64,000 nucleotides of DNA from an uncultured delta proteobacterium (GTDB lineage: Bacteria; Desulfobacterota; Binatia; Binatales; Binataceae), in the NCBI GenBank assembly GCA_963755905.1, contig CAVWLM010000006.1, forward strand, positions 869,431 through 933,430, given 5' to 3'. This document shows, in pieces, positions 46,012 through 54,878 of this stretch (positions within the stretch are counted from its first letter, which is position 1; every line of letters starts with the position of its first letter). The notes beneath the pieces are model-generated. The model saw only the letters and a program-made list of their open reading frames with translations. It was not told the origin of the DNA and ran no database searches. A program made the position numbers and the translations under genes.

Positions 46012-46668
46012 GTGCTAAGAAAAGTCGGAACCTACCTGCTTTGCGTGGCGATCGCCGGTTCGGCCGCCGGATGCGCATCGCGGACACAGAGCTGCCTGCT
46101 TGGCGCGGGCCTGGGTGCTCTCGCGGGCGGCGGCATCGCCGCGGGCGCGATCGCGGACGGCCATGGAGGCTCTAAATCCTACGAGATTGGAGTTCCAGCC
46201 GCCGCCGTTGGCGGCGCAATCGTGGGCGGGATCATAGGATGCATGGCGTACAAGGAACCGCCGCCGCCTCCTCCGCCTCCACCGCCGCCGCCGCCTCCCC
46301 CGCCACCGCCTCCACCACCGCCGGCGCCGGAGAAGATCATCCTGCGTGGCGTGCACTTCGACTTTAATAAGTACAACATCCGTCCGCAGGATGCGGCAGT
46401 GCTTGACGAGGCCACGGAAACGCTCAAGTCACATCAGAGCGTGACCGTCAACGTCAATGGCTATTGCGACGCGATCGGTTCGGTCAGGTACAACCTTAAG
46501 CTGTCCGAGCGCCGGTCCAACGCGGTCGTCAAATACCTGGCAGACCACGGCGTCGCGGAAAGCCGCTTGAGCCCGCACGGTTACGGAAAGACGGACTTCG
46601 TTGCCACCAACAAGACGGCGGAAGGACGTGCCCAGAACCGCCGGGTCGAGCTGGTTCCGAACCAGTAG
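46012..46668 (+). CDS. OmpA-family lipoprotein with glycine-zipper and poly-proline linker
   Basis: Lipobox AGSAAGC and a G/A-rich zipper, then 22 consecutive Pro. The OmpA_C domain follows (GVHFDFNKYNIRPQ...NGYCDAIGSVRYNLKLSERRSNAV..YL...GYGKTD...NRRVEL). GTG 46012 has better RBS spacing than TTG 46003. Confidence 0.85.
   Translation: MLRKVGTYLLCVAIAGSAAGCASRTQSCLLGAGLGALAGGGIAAGAIADGHGGSKSYEIGVPAAAVGGAIVGGIIGCMAYKEPPPPPPPPPPPPPPPPPPPPPPAPEKIILRGVHFDFNKYNIRPQDAAVLDEATETLKSHQSVTVNVNGYCDAIGSVRYNLKLSERRSNAVVKYLADHGVAESRLSPHGYGKTDFVATNKTAEGRAQNRRVELVPNQ
46258..46323 (+). repeat. 22 consecutive proline codons (mixed CCG/CCT/CCA/CCC)
   Basis: Counted codon by codon in the sequence. Mixed synonymous codons argue for protein-level selection rather than simple slippage. 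Confidence 0.95.
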
Positions 46669-46692
46669 ACTCTGACAGTCAAATCTGAACGG

Positions 46693-46725
46693 CGGCCGCA
46701 GCTCCCATCATGGGAGCTGCGGCCG
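46693..46725 (+). terminator. Strong hairpin (15-bp perfect stem, 3-nt loop) after the OmpA-family gene
   Basis: CGGCCGCAGCTCCCA-TCA-TGGGAGCTGCGGCCG begins 25 nt after the stop. There is no U-tract, which is common in GC-rich genomes. Confidence 0.55.
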
Positions 46726-47160
46726 GTTCCTGCGGGCACGTTCGCGAAGGTCCGAGGAACCGAAGTCTCTCTGGAAAGCGATCCTCCACAAAAAGTGCAG
46801 AGGCCGGTTCTCCGGTCATCCTCAGCGAAGCAGTCCGCGGGCGGACTCGCTAGTGCCACTACCATATGAGTGACCACGCCAAAGGTAGGAGCCTCAGTAC
46901 CACTACCGTATAAATGGCCGCGCCGAATGCGCGGCCGCGCGAAGATATGTCGTTGTCTGCGGCAGGACGGCACCTCCCCGAACAATCCGTTTGCGAACAA
47001 GCTCCGCAGTTCCCTATGCTCAACGGCGGCGCATAGCGAAGGCATGCGACTTCAACAGAACGGATCGGTCCGTAGTAATTTTGTTTTCAGCCGAGGCAGC
47101 CCGCGCCTTGCGGTTCGGGCGGCCGACGGACCGCCTGGAATCCGCAAGGGAGACACAGAC

Positions 47161-48628
47161 GTGAGCAGGGACCTTTCAACCAACCCCACAATTACAGCGT
47201 CGTTCGCGCGGCTGATTCGCACGGGCGGCATCCTGAGCGTGGCGCTGGCGCTGATAGTCGCATGCGCGGCTCTGGCGCGGGCGCAGGATGCCCGCGACAC
47301 GACTCGCGCGGACATCGACCAATGGCTGGCGAAATATGGCGATGCCAAGCCCGACTTCAAACCCGGCGACGTGCTGACCGACAAGGATCTGGAGCGAATC
47401 CGTCCGTTCATCATGCCCGGATATGTCGAGCAATATAAATTTCCCGGAATGCACATGGAGATCATCGCGGCGCGCGACCACACTCCGCGCAAGGACTACA
47501 TGGATTGCACCGAGAAATACCAGGCCCAAGTCCGGATGAATGCCGACGGATCGATGGACAATTATTTCTGTGGACAACCATTCGCGGACGCCTCGCTGAG
47601 CACGGCGGATCCGCTTGTCGGGATACAAAGCGGCGTGGAACTTCGAGGCCCGCTGGTGGAACTACGGACCAATCATCATGAGCGTTCTCTTCCTGTATGA
47701 CCGATTCGGCGGCAACCATCAGGGAGAAGTTCCCAACACCATCGAGGCGCCACCGGCCGGCTGGATCAGCGGGCTGGACTACCATAGCAAGTTGCCTAGC
47801 GACGCGCCGAAATTCTTCGGCGGCGGCGGCACCTTTATCAAAACCGCGAATATCCTTTACGAGCGCGTCTACTTCAGCCACCTCGCGCCGCGCGCCAACG
47901 AGGGCGGACTGCTCCCGCTGCCGGAAGCGAAGGACGTATACTACAAGGAATTCTCCGGCTTCTTCTCGCCCTTCGACCTGCGAGGCCAGGTCTTCATCAC
48001 CTATCGCTACAACGATCCGCATCGCGCGGACGATGCCTGGGCCTACGATCCACAGTCGCGGCGCGTACGGCGGGTCTCAGTCGAGGTCAAAGAGGATTCG
48101 CTCGGCGGAAGCGATCAGACCAACGAGGATTACTACACTTTCTCCGATCGTATCGCGCAATGGAAATTCAAATTCCTTGGATGGAAAAACATGCTGGTGG
48201 TTCTGGATGGGAAGAACGACTACGGACATTTCTATGGCCCCAACGGCAATCTTCCCGATGATGTCTGGTCAGTCCGCCGCATGGCGGTGGTCGAGCGCAT
48301 CTCCAAAAAGCCCGATCATCCGTACAGCAGCGTTGTCATGTTTTGGGATTCTCAGAACTGGCATCCATGGATGGCGGCGACATTCAACCGCCAGCACAAA
48401 TTGTGGAAGACGATCACCTACTCCGGGCGCTGGACCGAAGATTTCAAAGAGTGGGCCGAGATCAATCATGGCGTCGAGTCGACTCAGATCCAGGCGATCA
48501 CGGCAACCGACTACGTGAACCAGCGGGCGACGCTGTTCGCGGATTTCGGGACCGGTTACCCGACGGCAAATCTTAAGCAGGTGGGTAAGATTTTCGATAT
48601 CAGCAAACTCGAGGAGTTTCATCGCTGA
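47161..48628 (+). pseudogene. DUF1329 / LolA-like outer-membrane lipoprotein-sorting family gene with a single-nt frameshift
   Basis: ORF 46870-47700 carries the signal peptide and N-terminal part (...ADASLSTADPLVG). ORF 47615-48628 in another frame continues YKAAWNFEARWWNYGP...AWAYDPQSRRVRRVSVEVKEDSLGGSDQTNEDYY.... The span from GTG 47161 (RBS AAGGGAGA) is 1468 nt (3n+1). The junction is near 47621-47624. Confidence 0.7.
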
Positions 48629-48699
48629 GTTTCACGCGCGGCGGCCGGCGTACCGTCAAACGCGATGCGTCGGCTAGCAATCGATTTGTGAACTGCGCG

Positions 48700-49010
48700 G
48701 CTTTGCGAATTGTGCCGCTTTGACACATGACAACTGCTCACGGGAGTTATTTGGCAGGCTATATCAGATACACACTATCTCGGGCTTTGTTTCGCAAGTT
48801 TTCTTTTACTTTGTCTGTCTCTCTCTCTCAGTACGAGGCTATTTTATTTCGAGATAGTCTGGAGGATTTTTCCTCTTCCATTTGGGCTTCGTATCTTGTT
48901 ATGCTTTCTCTCGCCATCAGCATAATCTTTAGTTGACCTCCAGAGTTGAGTAGTCATGACACTAAATAAAAAGAAGTTGTCTAAGAATATCAGCAACCTG
49001 CGGGCAGGCC
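48700..49010. other. AT-rich compositional island in a convergent intergenic region
   Basis: Hand counts for the five 60-nt lines 48721-49020 give 43, 45, 37, 43 and 45 % GC, against a visibly much higher background. It contains (TC)6 at 48818-48829. Only short, unconvincing ORFs are present. Confidence 0.6.
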
Positions 49011-49373
49011 GTCCCAATTCCCTGTCGTGGCTCTCCAATTCACAGTCGGCGAAAGAAACTGCCAAGGTCGCCGGTACCCTCTTTTCATTGAAGCCGGCAA
49101 CCTCAGCCAGCAGTTCTTCCCGAGGAGCCTTTGGCTTCACAAGTTCAGGTACTGCTGAGCAGCGCGACTTTCGTGATCGAATGCGCTACGGGCGGGCACG
49201 GACGATGCGCGAATAGCGCGTGCCGATGCCGCTGTCACAAGTCGCGGCCGCGGGCGCGCGCCCGGCGCCGCTTGAGCATCTAAGCTTTCGCTTTCATTAA
49301 AACCGCTCACGCCGCTCATCGCCGCGAGGCCCACTTCGAGGCGGCGCCGCAGCGGGTCTCGAAGCCATCGCGG

Positions 49374-51509
49374 CTAAGTCATCGATGGCTTTGCGGTGGC
49401 CGTCCCGCTCTTCACCTTCGTAAGCAGCGCAAGCGACCTCGCCTCGAGCGGGAATTGCTCCGCGCCTTGAAAAAAAGCATCGGTAGTCGCGCTAGCCGTA
49501 TCGAGAGCTATTCGCCACGCGTCGCCATCTTCAAGAGCCGGCAATAGAAATGGAATCTTTTCGTGGTGGCTGTTGAGCAGGAGCACGAAGTCGTCATCGA
49601 CGACCGGCCGCCCACGGTCATCGTCCTCGTTGGTCGTATCGCCCTTCAGATAAAGGCCGAGGCACCGCGCCTCCGATTGATGCCATTGCTCGTCGGTCAT
49701 CTCCTGACCGCCGGGAGTTAGCCATACGATATCCTTGGCGCCCGGCCCGCTGAAGAAACTGCGCCGGCGGAAGCTGGGATGAGCCTTTTTGAATTTAATC
49801 AGCTCCTTCACAAAGGCGAGCAGTTCATGATCGTCTTTCTCGGGGTTCCACGGCATCCAATTGATTTCGTCATCCTGACAATAGGCATTGTTGTTGCCAT
49901 TTTGGGTGCGGCCGAGTTCGTCGCCGGCGAGGAGCATCGGCACGCCTTGTGAGAGGAACAAGGTCGCGAGGAAATTGCGCTTCTGGCGTGCCCGCAACGC
50001 CAGGACCACGGGGTCGGTAGTTGGTCCCTCCACCCCGCAGTTCCAACTGCGGTTATCGTCGGTGCCGTCGCGGTTATCCTCGAGGTTGGCCTCGTTATGC
50101 TTGCCGTTGTAACTGACCAGATCCTGGAGGGTGAACCCGTCATGGCAAGTGATGAAATTGATACTGGCGTAGGGACGCCGACCGCTTAGCTCATACAGGT
50201 CGCTCGAGCCAGTGAGCCGATAGGCGAGGTCCGCGATCAAGCCGCCATCCCCCTTCCAGTATGAACGCACGGTATCGCGATATCTGCCATTCCATTCGGT
50301 CCACAGAACCGGGAAATTTCCCACCTGGTAGCCGCCCTCGCCGATATCCCACGGCTCGGCGATGAGCTTGACCTGCGAAAGTACGGGGTCCTGGTGGATC
50401 ACGTCGAAGAAAGCGCTCAGGCGGTTAACCTCGTGAAGCTCGCGCGCGAGCGCTGCGGCAAGGTCGAAGCGAAACCCGTCCACGTGCATTTCCACCACCC
50501 AGTAACGGAGGCTGTCCATCAGCAGTTGCAGCACCCGCGGATGCATCATGTTCAAAGTATTTCCGCAGCCGGTGAAATCCATGTACAGGCGCGGCTGATC
50601 GGGCAGCAGGCGGTAGTAGGCGCTGTTGTCGATTCCACGGAAGCTCAGCGTCGGGCCAAGATGATTTCCCTCCGCGCTATGGTTGTAGACGACGTCGAGA
50701 ATGACCTCGATTCCGGCCGAGTGCAGCCGCTTCACCATCGATTTGAATTCATTGATTACGCCGGTGGCCGAGTAGCGCATGTCGGGCGCGAAGTAACCAA
50801 TCGAGTTGTAGCCCCAGTAGTTTTTCAGCTTCTTCTCGATCAGCGTTCGATCGTCGACGAAAGCATGCACCGGCATCAGCTCAACCGCGGTGACACCGAG
50901 CCGCTTGAGATATTCGATAGAAGGGTCGGTCGCGAGTCCGGCGTAAGTTCCGCGCAAATGTGCCGGGATGTCAGGATGCAACTGGGTGAAGCCCTTCACA
51001 TGTAGTTCGTAGATGATCGTATCGTGCCACGGAGCCCGCGGCGGCCGGTCGTCGCCCCAGGTGAAGGCTGTATCGACCACGCGGCATTTCGGCATCCCGG
51101 GCGCGTCGTCGCGCCGATCCATCGTCAGGTCTTCGCGCGCGCCGCCGACGCGGTAGCCGAACAAGGCGTCGCTCCACTTGATACCGCCCTCGATATGCTT
51201 CGCGTAGGGATCGAGCAGCAGTTTATTTGGATTGAAGCGGAGTCCCTGTTTCGGATCGTAGGGCCCGTGGACGCGATAACCATAGAGCAGTCCGGGCCGC
51301 GCTTCCGGGAGGTAACAGTGCCATACCTGGTTGGTCTGCCAGCGCATCGAAATCCGTTCGGTCTCCCGCCGGGTTCTCGAATCGAACAGGCAGAGTTCGA
51401 CCTGCTCCGCATGCTCGGAAAAAAGGGCAAAATTAACACCTTCGCCGTCCCAACTTGCGCCGAGCGGCTGCGGTTGCCCGCGCCATACAGCAGTCTTTGA
51501 ATGATTCAT
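49374..51509 (-). CDS. glgX: Glycogen debranching enzyme GlgX (GH13)
   Basis: 711 aa. N-terminus GQPQPLGASWDGEGVNFALFS, and GH13 regions DVVYNH, GFRFDLA, AEPWD, FITCHDGF. Confidence 0.95.
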   Translation of the reverse strand: MNHSKTAVWRGQPQPLGASWDGEGVNFALFSEHAEQVELCLFDSRTRRETERISMRWQTNQVWHCYLPEARPGLLYGYRVHGPYDPKQGLRFNPNKLLLDPYAKHIEGGIKWSDALFGYRVGGAREDLTMDRRDDAPGMPKCRVVDTAFTWGDDRPPRAPWHDTIIYELHVKGFTQLHPDIPAHLRGTYAGLATDPSIEYLKRLGVTAVELMPVHAFVDDRTLIEKKLKNYWGYNSIGYFAPDMRYSATGVINEFKSMVKRLHSAGIEVILDVVYNHSAEGNHLGPTLSFRGIDNSAYYRLLPDQPRLYMDFTGCGNTLNMMHPRVLQLLMDSLRYWVVEMHVDGFRFDLAAALARELHEVNRLSAFFDVIHQDPVLSQVKLIAEPWDIGEGGYQVGNFPVLWTEWNGRYRDTVRSYWKGDGGLIADLAYRLTGSSDLYELSGRRPYASINFITCHDGFTLQDLVSYNGKHNEANLEDNRDGTDDNRSWNCGVEGPTTDPVVLALRARQKRNFLATLFLSQGVPMLLAGDELGRTQNGNNNAYCQDDEINWMPWNPEKDDHELLAFVKELIKFKKAHPSFRRRSFFSGPGAKDIVWLTPGGQEMTDEQWHQSEARCLGLYLKGDTTNEDDDRGRPVVDDDFVLLLNSHHEKIPFLLPALEDGDAWRIALDTASATTDAFFQGAEQFPLEARSLALLTKVKSGTATAKPSMT

Positions 51510-51802
51510 CGCGATTGTCAGTGAAGAACCTGTTATTCCGGTATTTTAGACGATGATCGGCACTCCGTGCCGGACCTCGAGTCCGGAGACCGATTAGTCG
51601 GCGGACAGTGGTGCAAACGCAGACGCTTCGAGCCGTAACCGCGTCCCGTTTTGCGGCACCGGACTATAAGATACTTTGTCCGCCAGGTAAGCAAGAAAAT
51701 TTTTTGGACTCTCCAAGATCGCTCAGAACCGGCCGGATAGGCCCGGAACGGTCAAGCTCGCACCTCCCGACTTGGTCTCGCTTAGTGCTAAACTGTCGCA
51801 CG

Positions 51803-52501
51803 ATGAAGGGCGAGCTTAAGTCCCGCGCCAACGGCCAGCCTGGCGCACGATCGAGGGACGGGTCACGCGCGGGCCGTCTGGCTCATCATTTACAGCCGAA
51901 GCGCTCCGCGTTGATCTGTGGAGTGATCGCGCTCGCCGCCGTCGCCAGCGGATGCTGGATGCCCGCGATGGAATTGGCGCCGTACGCGATCCAGGCAATC
52001 GAAGCGGCCGGCGGCGGCGTCGCTCATCTCGCGGAAGGCGGCGCGGCGGCGCACGCGCAGAAGGGCAAGCCGCCGCCGGACACCGATGTTTGCGACGAAC
52101 TGTCGCTCGAAATTCCGATGCTCGTCGAGTTGAGGACGGATGGGAGCGGCGTCACCCGGTATCGCGAGTTGAGTCTCGGCGGCGAAGACCTCGACGCCCA
52201 GTGGGAGGCGATGCCGAACCAGGACACGCAGAACGGCGGATGGAAACTGGCGACCAACTTCACCAAGATGAACTTTCAGCCGCCGCTGCAGAGCGAACTC
52301 ACAGCCAATTCGGTCTCCTACGTCGCGTACGCCGCGTCCGATGCACGCGACGCGACCGAGCAGGATCAGTTAAACGCTCTCACGATCGGCTTTGGCCCCG
52401 CCCTGGGGACTTTCACGTGGAATGAGCGCGCTTTCCGCTACGCGCTGGTGCACAGGCTGCCATGCTTTCCCCCACCGCCCGAACCGATCGTGAGCCGGTA
52501 A
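51803..52501 (+). CDS. Hypothetical lipoprotein
   Basis: Start taken at ATG 51803. Lipobox AAVASGC. No family recognised. Confidence 0.5.
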   Translation: MKGELKSRANGQPGARSRDGSRAGRLAHHLQPKRSALICGVIALAAVASGCWMPAMELAPYAIQAIEAAGGGVAHLAEGGAAAHAQKGKPPPDTDVCDELSLEIPMLVELRTDGSGVTRYRELSLGGEDLDAQWEAMPNQDTQNGGWKLATNFTKMNFQPPLQSELTANSVSYVAYAASDARDATEQDQLNALTIGFGPALGTFTWNERAFRYALVHRLPCFPPPPEPIVSR

Positions 52502-52581
52502 GCAACCTGGCGCATCGGCGTCACCAAATCGCGCAAGCTTCAATGATTCGCGAGCGGGCGAGGGTGGGGCGGGGACTCGTC

Positions 52582-53010
52582 CTATCGCGGCAAAGCTATC
52601 TCGGCGCCGGCCGGCTCGACCGCAATTCGTTCGCCCACGCGTATCCGTTGCGCCACTCGCACGACCTCGTAATCGTGCTCCGCCACGATCGATGTAACTT
52701 CGCCTTCGCACCGCACCGTCTCTCCCGCGAAGACCATCGCGCGTAGACGAAAGCTCATCCGGCGAATGAACGCGCGCGGCCCCAGCCAATCCAGTAGTGC
52801 CTCGGCTAGAAGCGCGCCGAACATCTGCCCGTCCACGATCGGTCCCGCGATTTTGCGCGCGGCGGTGTACGCGGGTTCGTAGTGGAGACGATGCCAGTCC
52901 CAGGTGGCGCCGCCGTAGGCGACCATCCGCACCTGCGTCAACGTGCGCTCCAGCGGCGGGATGGGTGTTCCGGTTTCGATTGCTCCCGCGGCGGGTGACC
53001 GCAGGCTCAT
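52582..53010 (-). CDS. MaoC-like (R)-hydratase hot-dog domain protein (C-terminal-type subunit)
   Basis: 142 aa. ...VRMVAYGGATWDWHRLHYEPAYTAA...GPIVDGQMFGALL.... Its ATG overlaps the upstream stop (ATGA at 53007-53010). Confidence 0.8.
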   Translation of the reverse strand: MSLRSPAAGAIETGTPIPPLERTLTQVRMVAYGGATWDWHRLHYEPAYTAARKIAGPIVDGQMFGALLAEALLDWLGPRAFIRRMSFRLRAMVFAGETVRCEGEVTSIVAEHDYEVVRVAQRIRVGERIAVEPAGAEIALPR

Positions 53011-53519
53011 GGGAGAGCCTCCACCGGCTGGAAGATCAGCGTCTCGCGGTTCCGCGCGAGCATATCGCCCCGTTGGTTGACATAGGTGGCGACCGAGATC
53101 ACCACCAGCATCGATCCGCCGCGCGACGACTCGTGTTCCGAAATGTCCTCCAGCAGCCAAGTAACGTTTATGCGATCCTCCGGCATTACGGGACGAAAAA
53201 ATTCGTAGTCGTGTCCGCCACGGATCATCCGGCATCCTTTGATTGGCAATTCCCAGGTATGGCCGACATAGCCGTCGTGGTCGGGCGGCCGATGCGCGTA
53301 CTGACAGGTCTCACAGACAAAGGTCGGTGGCGCGATGATCGAAGGATAGCCGGCAGCGCGAGCGTAGGCGTCGTCGACATAGAGCGGATTGTCGTCACCG
53401 ATTGCGAGCGCGAAGTAGCGAATCGAGGCTCGCCCGATCTCTTCGGGCGCAGCGTAACTAACCTCGCGCCCGATCCATCCCCGAAGCTCCTCTGTCAGCA
53501 ATGCGCCGATGGCCGTCAC
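53007..53519 (-). CDS. MaoC_dehydrat_N / FAS1-like hot-dog domain protein (N-terminal-type subunit)
   Basis: ...TEELRGWIGREVSYAAPEEIGRASIRYFALAIGDDNPLYVD.... The proposed GTG 53519 overlaps the stop of the RidA gene (GTGA). The start is uncertain. Confidence 0.65.
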   Translation of the reverse strand: MTAIGALLTEELRGWIGREVSYAAPEEIGRASIRYFALAIGDDNPLYVDDAYARAAGYPSIIAPPTFVCETCQYAHRPPDHDGYVGHTWELPIKGCRMIRGGHDYEFFRPVMPEDRINVTWLLEDISEHESSRGGSMLVVISVATYVNQRGDMLARNRETLIFQPVEALP

Positions 53520-54721
53520 TCCTTTGAGCCGGCGCTCGCGCCGCGAGGGATTATCGCCAGCGAGTCGACTTCGATCTGGCACTCGGGACGCAACAACGTC
53601 TCGCACACGCATCCGGTGGAGGCTGGAAAAGGCGCGCGCAGAATTCGCGAGCGCACACCAGCCACCTCGCGATAGCGCTCGAGCGCGGCCGGCGTGATGT
53701 ACTCGATGGTCTTCGCGAGATGCTCGGGACCGCCGCCAGCGGCCGCGACCACGCGCAGGATGTTGCCGTAAACGTAGGCGGCCTGCGCCCCGACGTCGCC
53801 CGCATGCATCGGCGCGCCACTCTCCGGATCGAGCGCCGTGTGCCCCGCGATAAAAAGCATGTCGCCGGCGCGCACCGCCGGGCTGTAAGTCAACTGTGCG
53901 TAACGCGCCCAACCCGGATTCACCGCGGTGGGCTGATGATGCGAAGCGATGAAATCGACCTGGATCAGCGCGTCGCGATGCGCCACGCGCCGCATTATGA
54001 TGCCGGTCGCCGCGGGATAAACCGGCCCGAGGAATTCTCGGCGTACGTCAGCCGTGAGCTTGTAATTCGGCAGCGCCGCCGGCGCCAGGTAATCGACGGT
54101 TTTGACGACACGGTCCATCCCGAGGCCAAGCGCCCCGAGCACGCGCGCCGCTCGCTCGAAAATCGCACGCGTCTGCGCGACCGGATCGCCTGGCGCTATC
54201 ACCGCGCCCGCGTCATCCACCGGCATGATCGAAGAGAGATAGACGAAGCCGCCGGCGACACGCGCCGGAGCCAACGCGGGCGGCCATCCGCTCGTCGCGT
54301 GCAGCGGCTCCGTGGACGGCTCCGCTTCGACCTCGATTTCGATCAGCGCCTGCGGACGCAACAGGCGGTTTACCACCACGGTGTTGAGCGCCGGACGATT
54401 GGCGCCAAACAACTCGGCGCGTGCCGCGGCCGCCTCGGCGTAGTTCTCTATCCCATCCGGCGTGACGTATTCGACCACGCGCACGATGTCGGCCAGGCTC
54501 TGCCCGCCCGCTTCAAGGATCGCCGCGATTTTTGCCCAGGCCGTGCGCGACTGTTCGCGCATACCGCCCTTGACCACCATTTCGCGCGCGGCGGCGTCGT
54601 ACTCAGAGGCGGAATGGCCCGAGAGCAACGCGCGTTCGCCAACGGCGAGTCCGAGCGAGAACGTGTAACGCGAATAGTCGTACCACGGAAACTGACGCGG
54701 CTTCAGGGCTGAACGTTCCAT
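53516..54721 (-). CDS. Triple-domain RidA/YjgF/L-PSP family fusion protein
   Basis: 401 aa containing three tandem YjgF-like units (aa ~13-134, 145-259 and 271-390). Each ends in the typical beta-strand motif (ALIEIEVEA / ALIQVDFIA / CQIEVDSLA) and each has a G.S/H.. core. Confidence 0.8.
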   Translation of the reverse strand: MERSALKPRQFPWYDYSRYTFSLGLAVGERALLSGHSASEYDAAAREMVVKGGMREQSRTAWAKIAAILEAGGQSLADIVRVVEYVTPDGIENYAEAAAARAELFGANRPALNTVVVNRLLRPQALIEIEVEAEPSTEPLHATSGWPPALAPARVAGGFVYLSSIMPVDDAGAVIAPGDPVAQTRAIFERAARVLGALGLGMDRVVKTVDYLAPAALPNYKLTADVRREFLGPVYPAATGIIMRRVAHRDALIQVDFIASHHQPTAVNPGWARYAQLTYSPAVRAGDMLFIAGHTALDPESGAPMHAGDVGAQAAYVYGNILRVVAAAGGGPEHLAKTIEYITPAALERYREVAGVRSRILRAPFPASTGCVCETLLRPECQIEVDSLAIIPRGASAGSKE

Positions 54722-54878
54722 CGCGCCATGATGCTCCCGCGCCGCAATGGCGCTACTTCTTGAGCCGGCGGGCTCGTGGCGGGCACGCCACTGCGCCGCG
54801 CCTCTTGTCCGCCAGCGCGGACCATGCGATTAGCTAGCTGTGTAGCTGTTAGCACTCCGATGAAGTCGAGGCCAGAAC

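Noticed and set aside
46179-46427. Minus-strand ORF encoding a poly-glycine run, and the idea of a CRISPR-like or simple-repeat array
   Set aside because: It is simply the reverse complement of the poly-proline linker inside the OmpA-family gene. There are no spacer-repeat units, and no CRISPR array exists anywhere in the window.
48844-49216. Small ORFs (98 aa minus, 86 aa plus) as candidate toxin-antitoxin or phage-remnant genes in the AT-rich island
   Set aside because: No recognisable motifs are present. The two overlap each other, and their composition (S/K/L-rich, or a hybrid of GC-normal and AT-rich halves) is unconvincing. I kept only the compositional anomaly itself as a finding.
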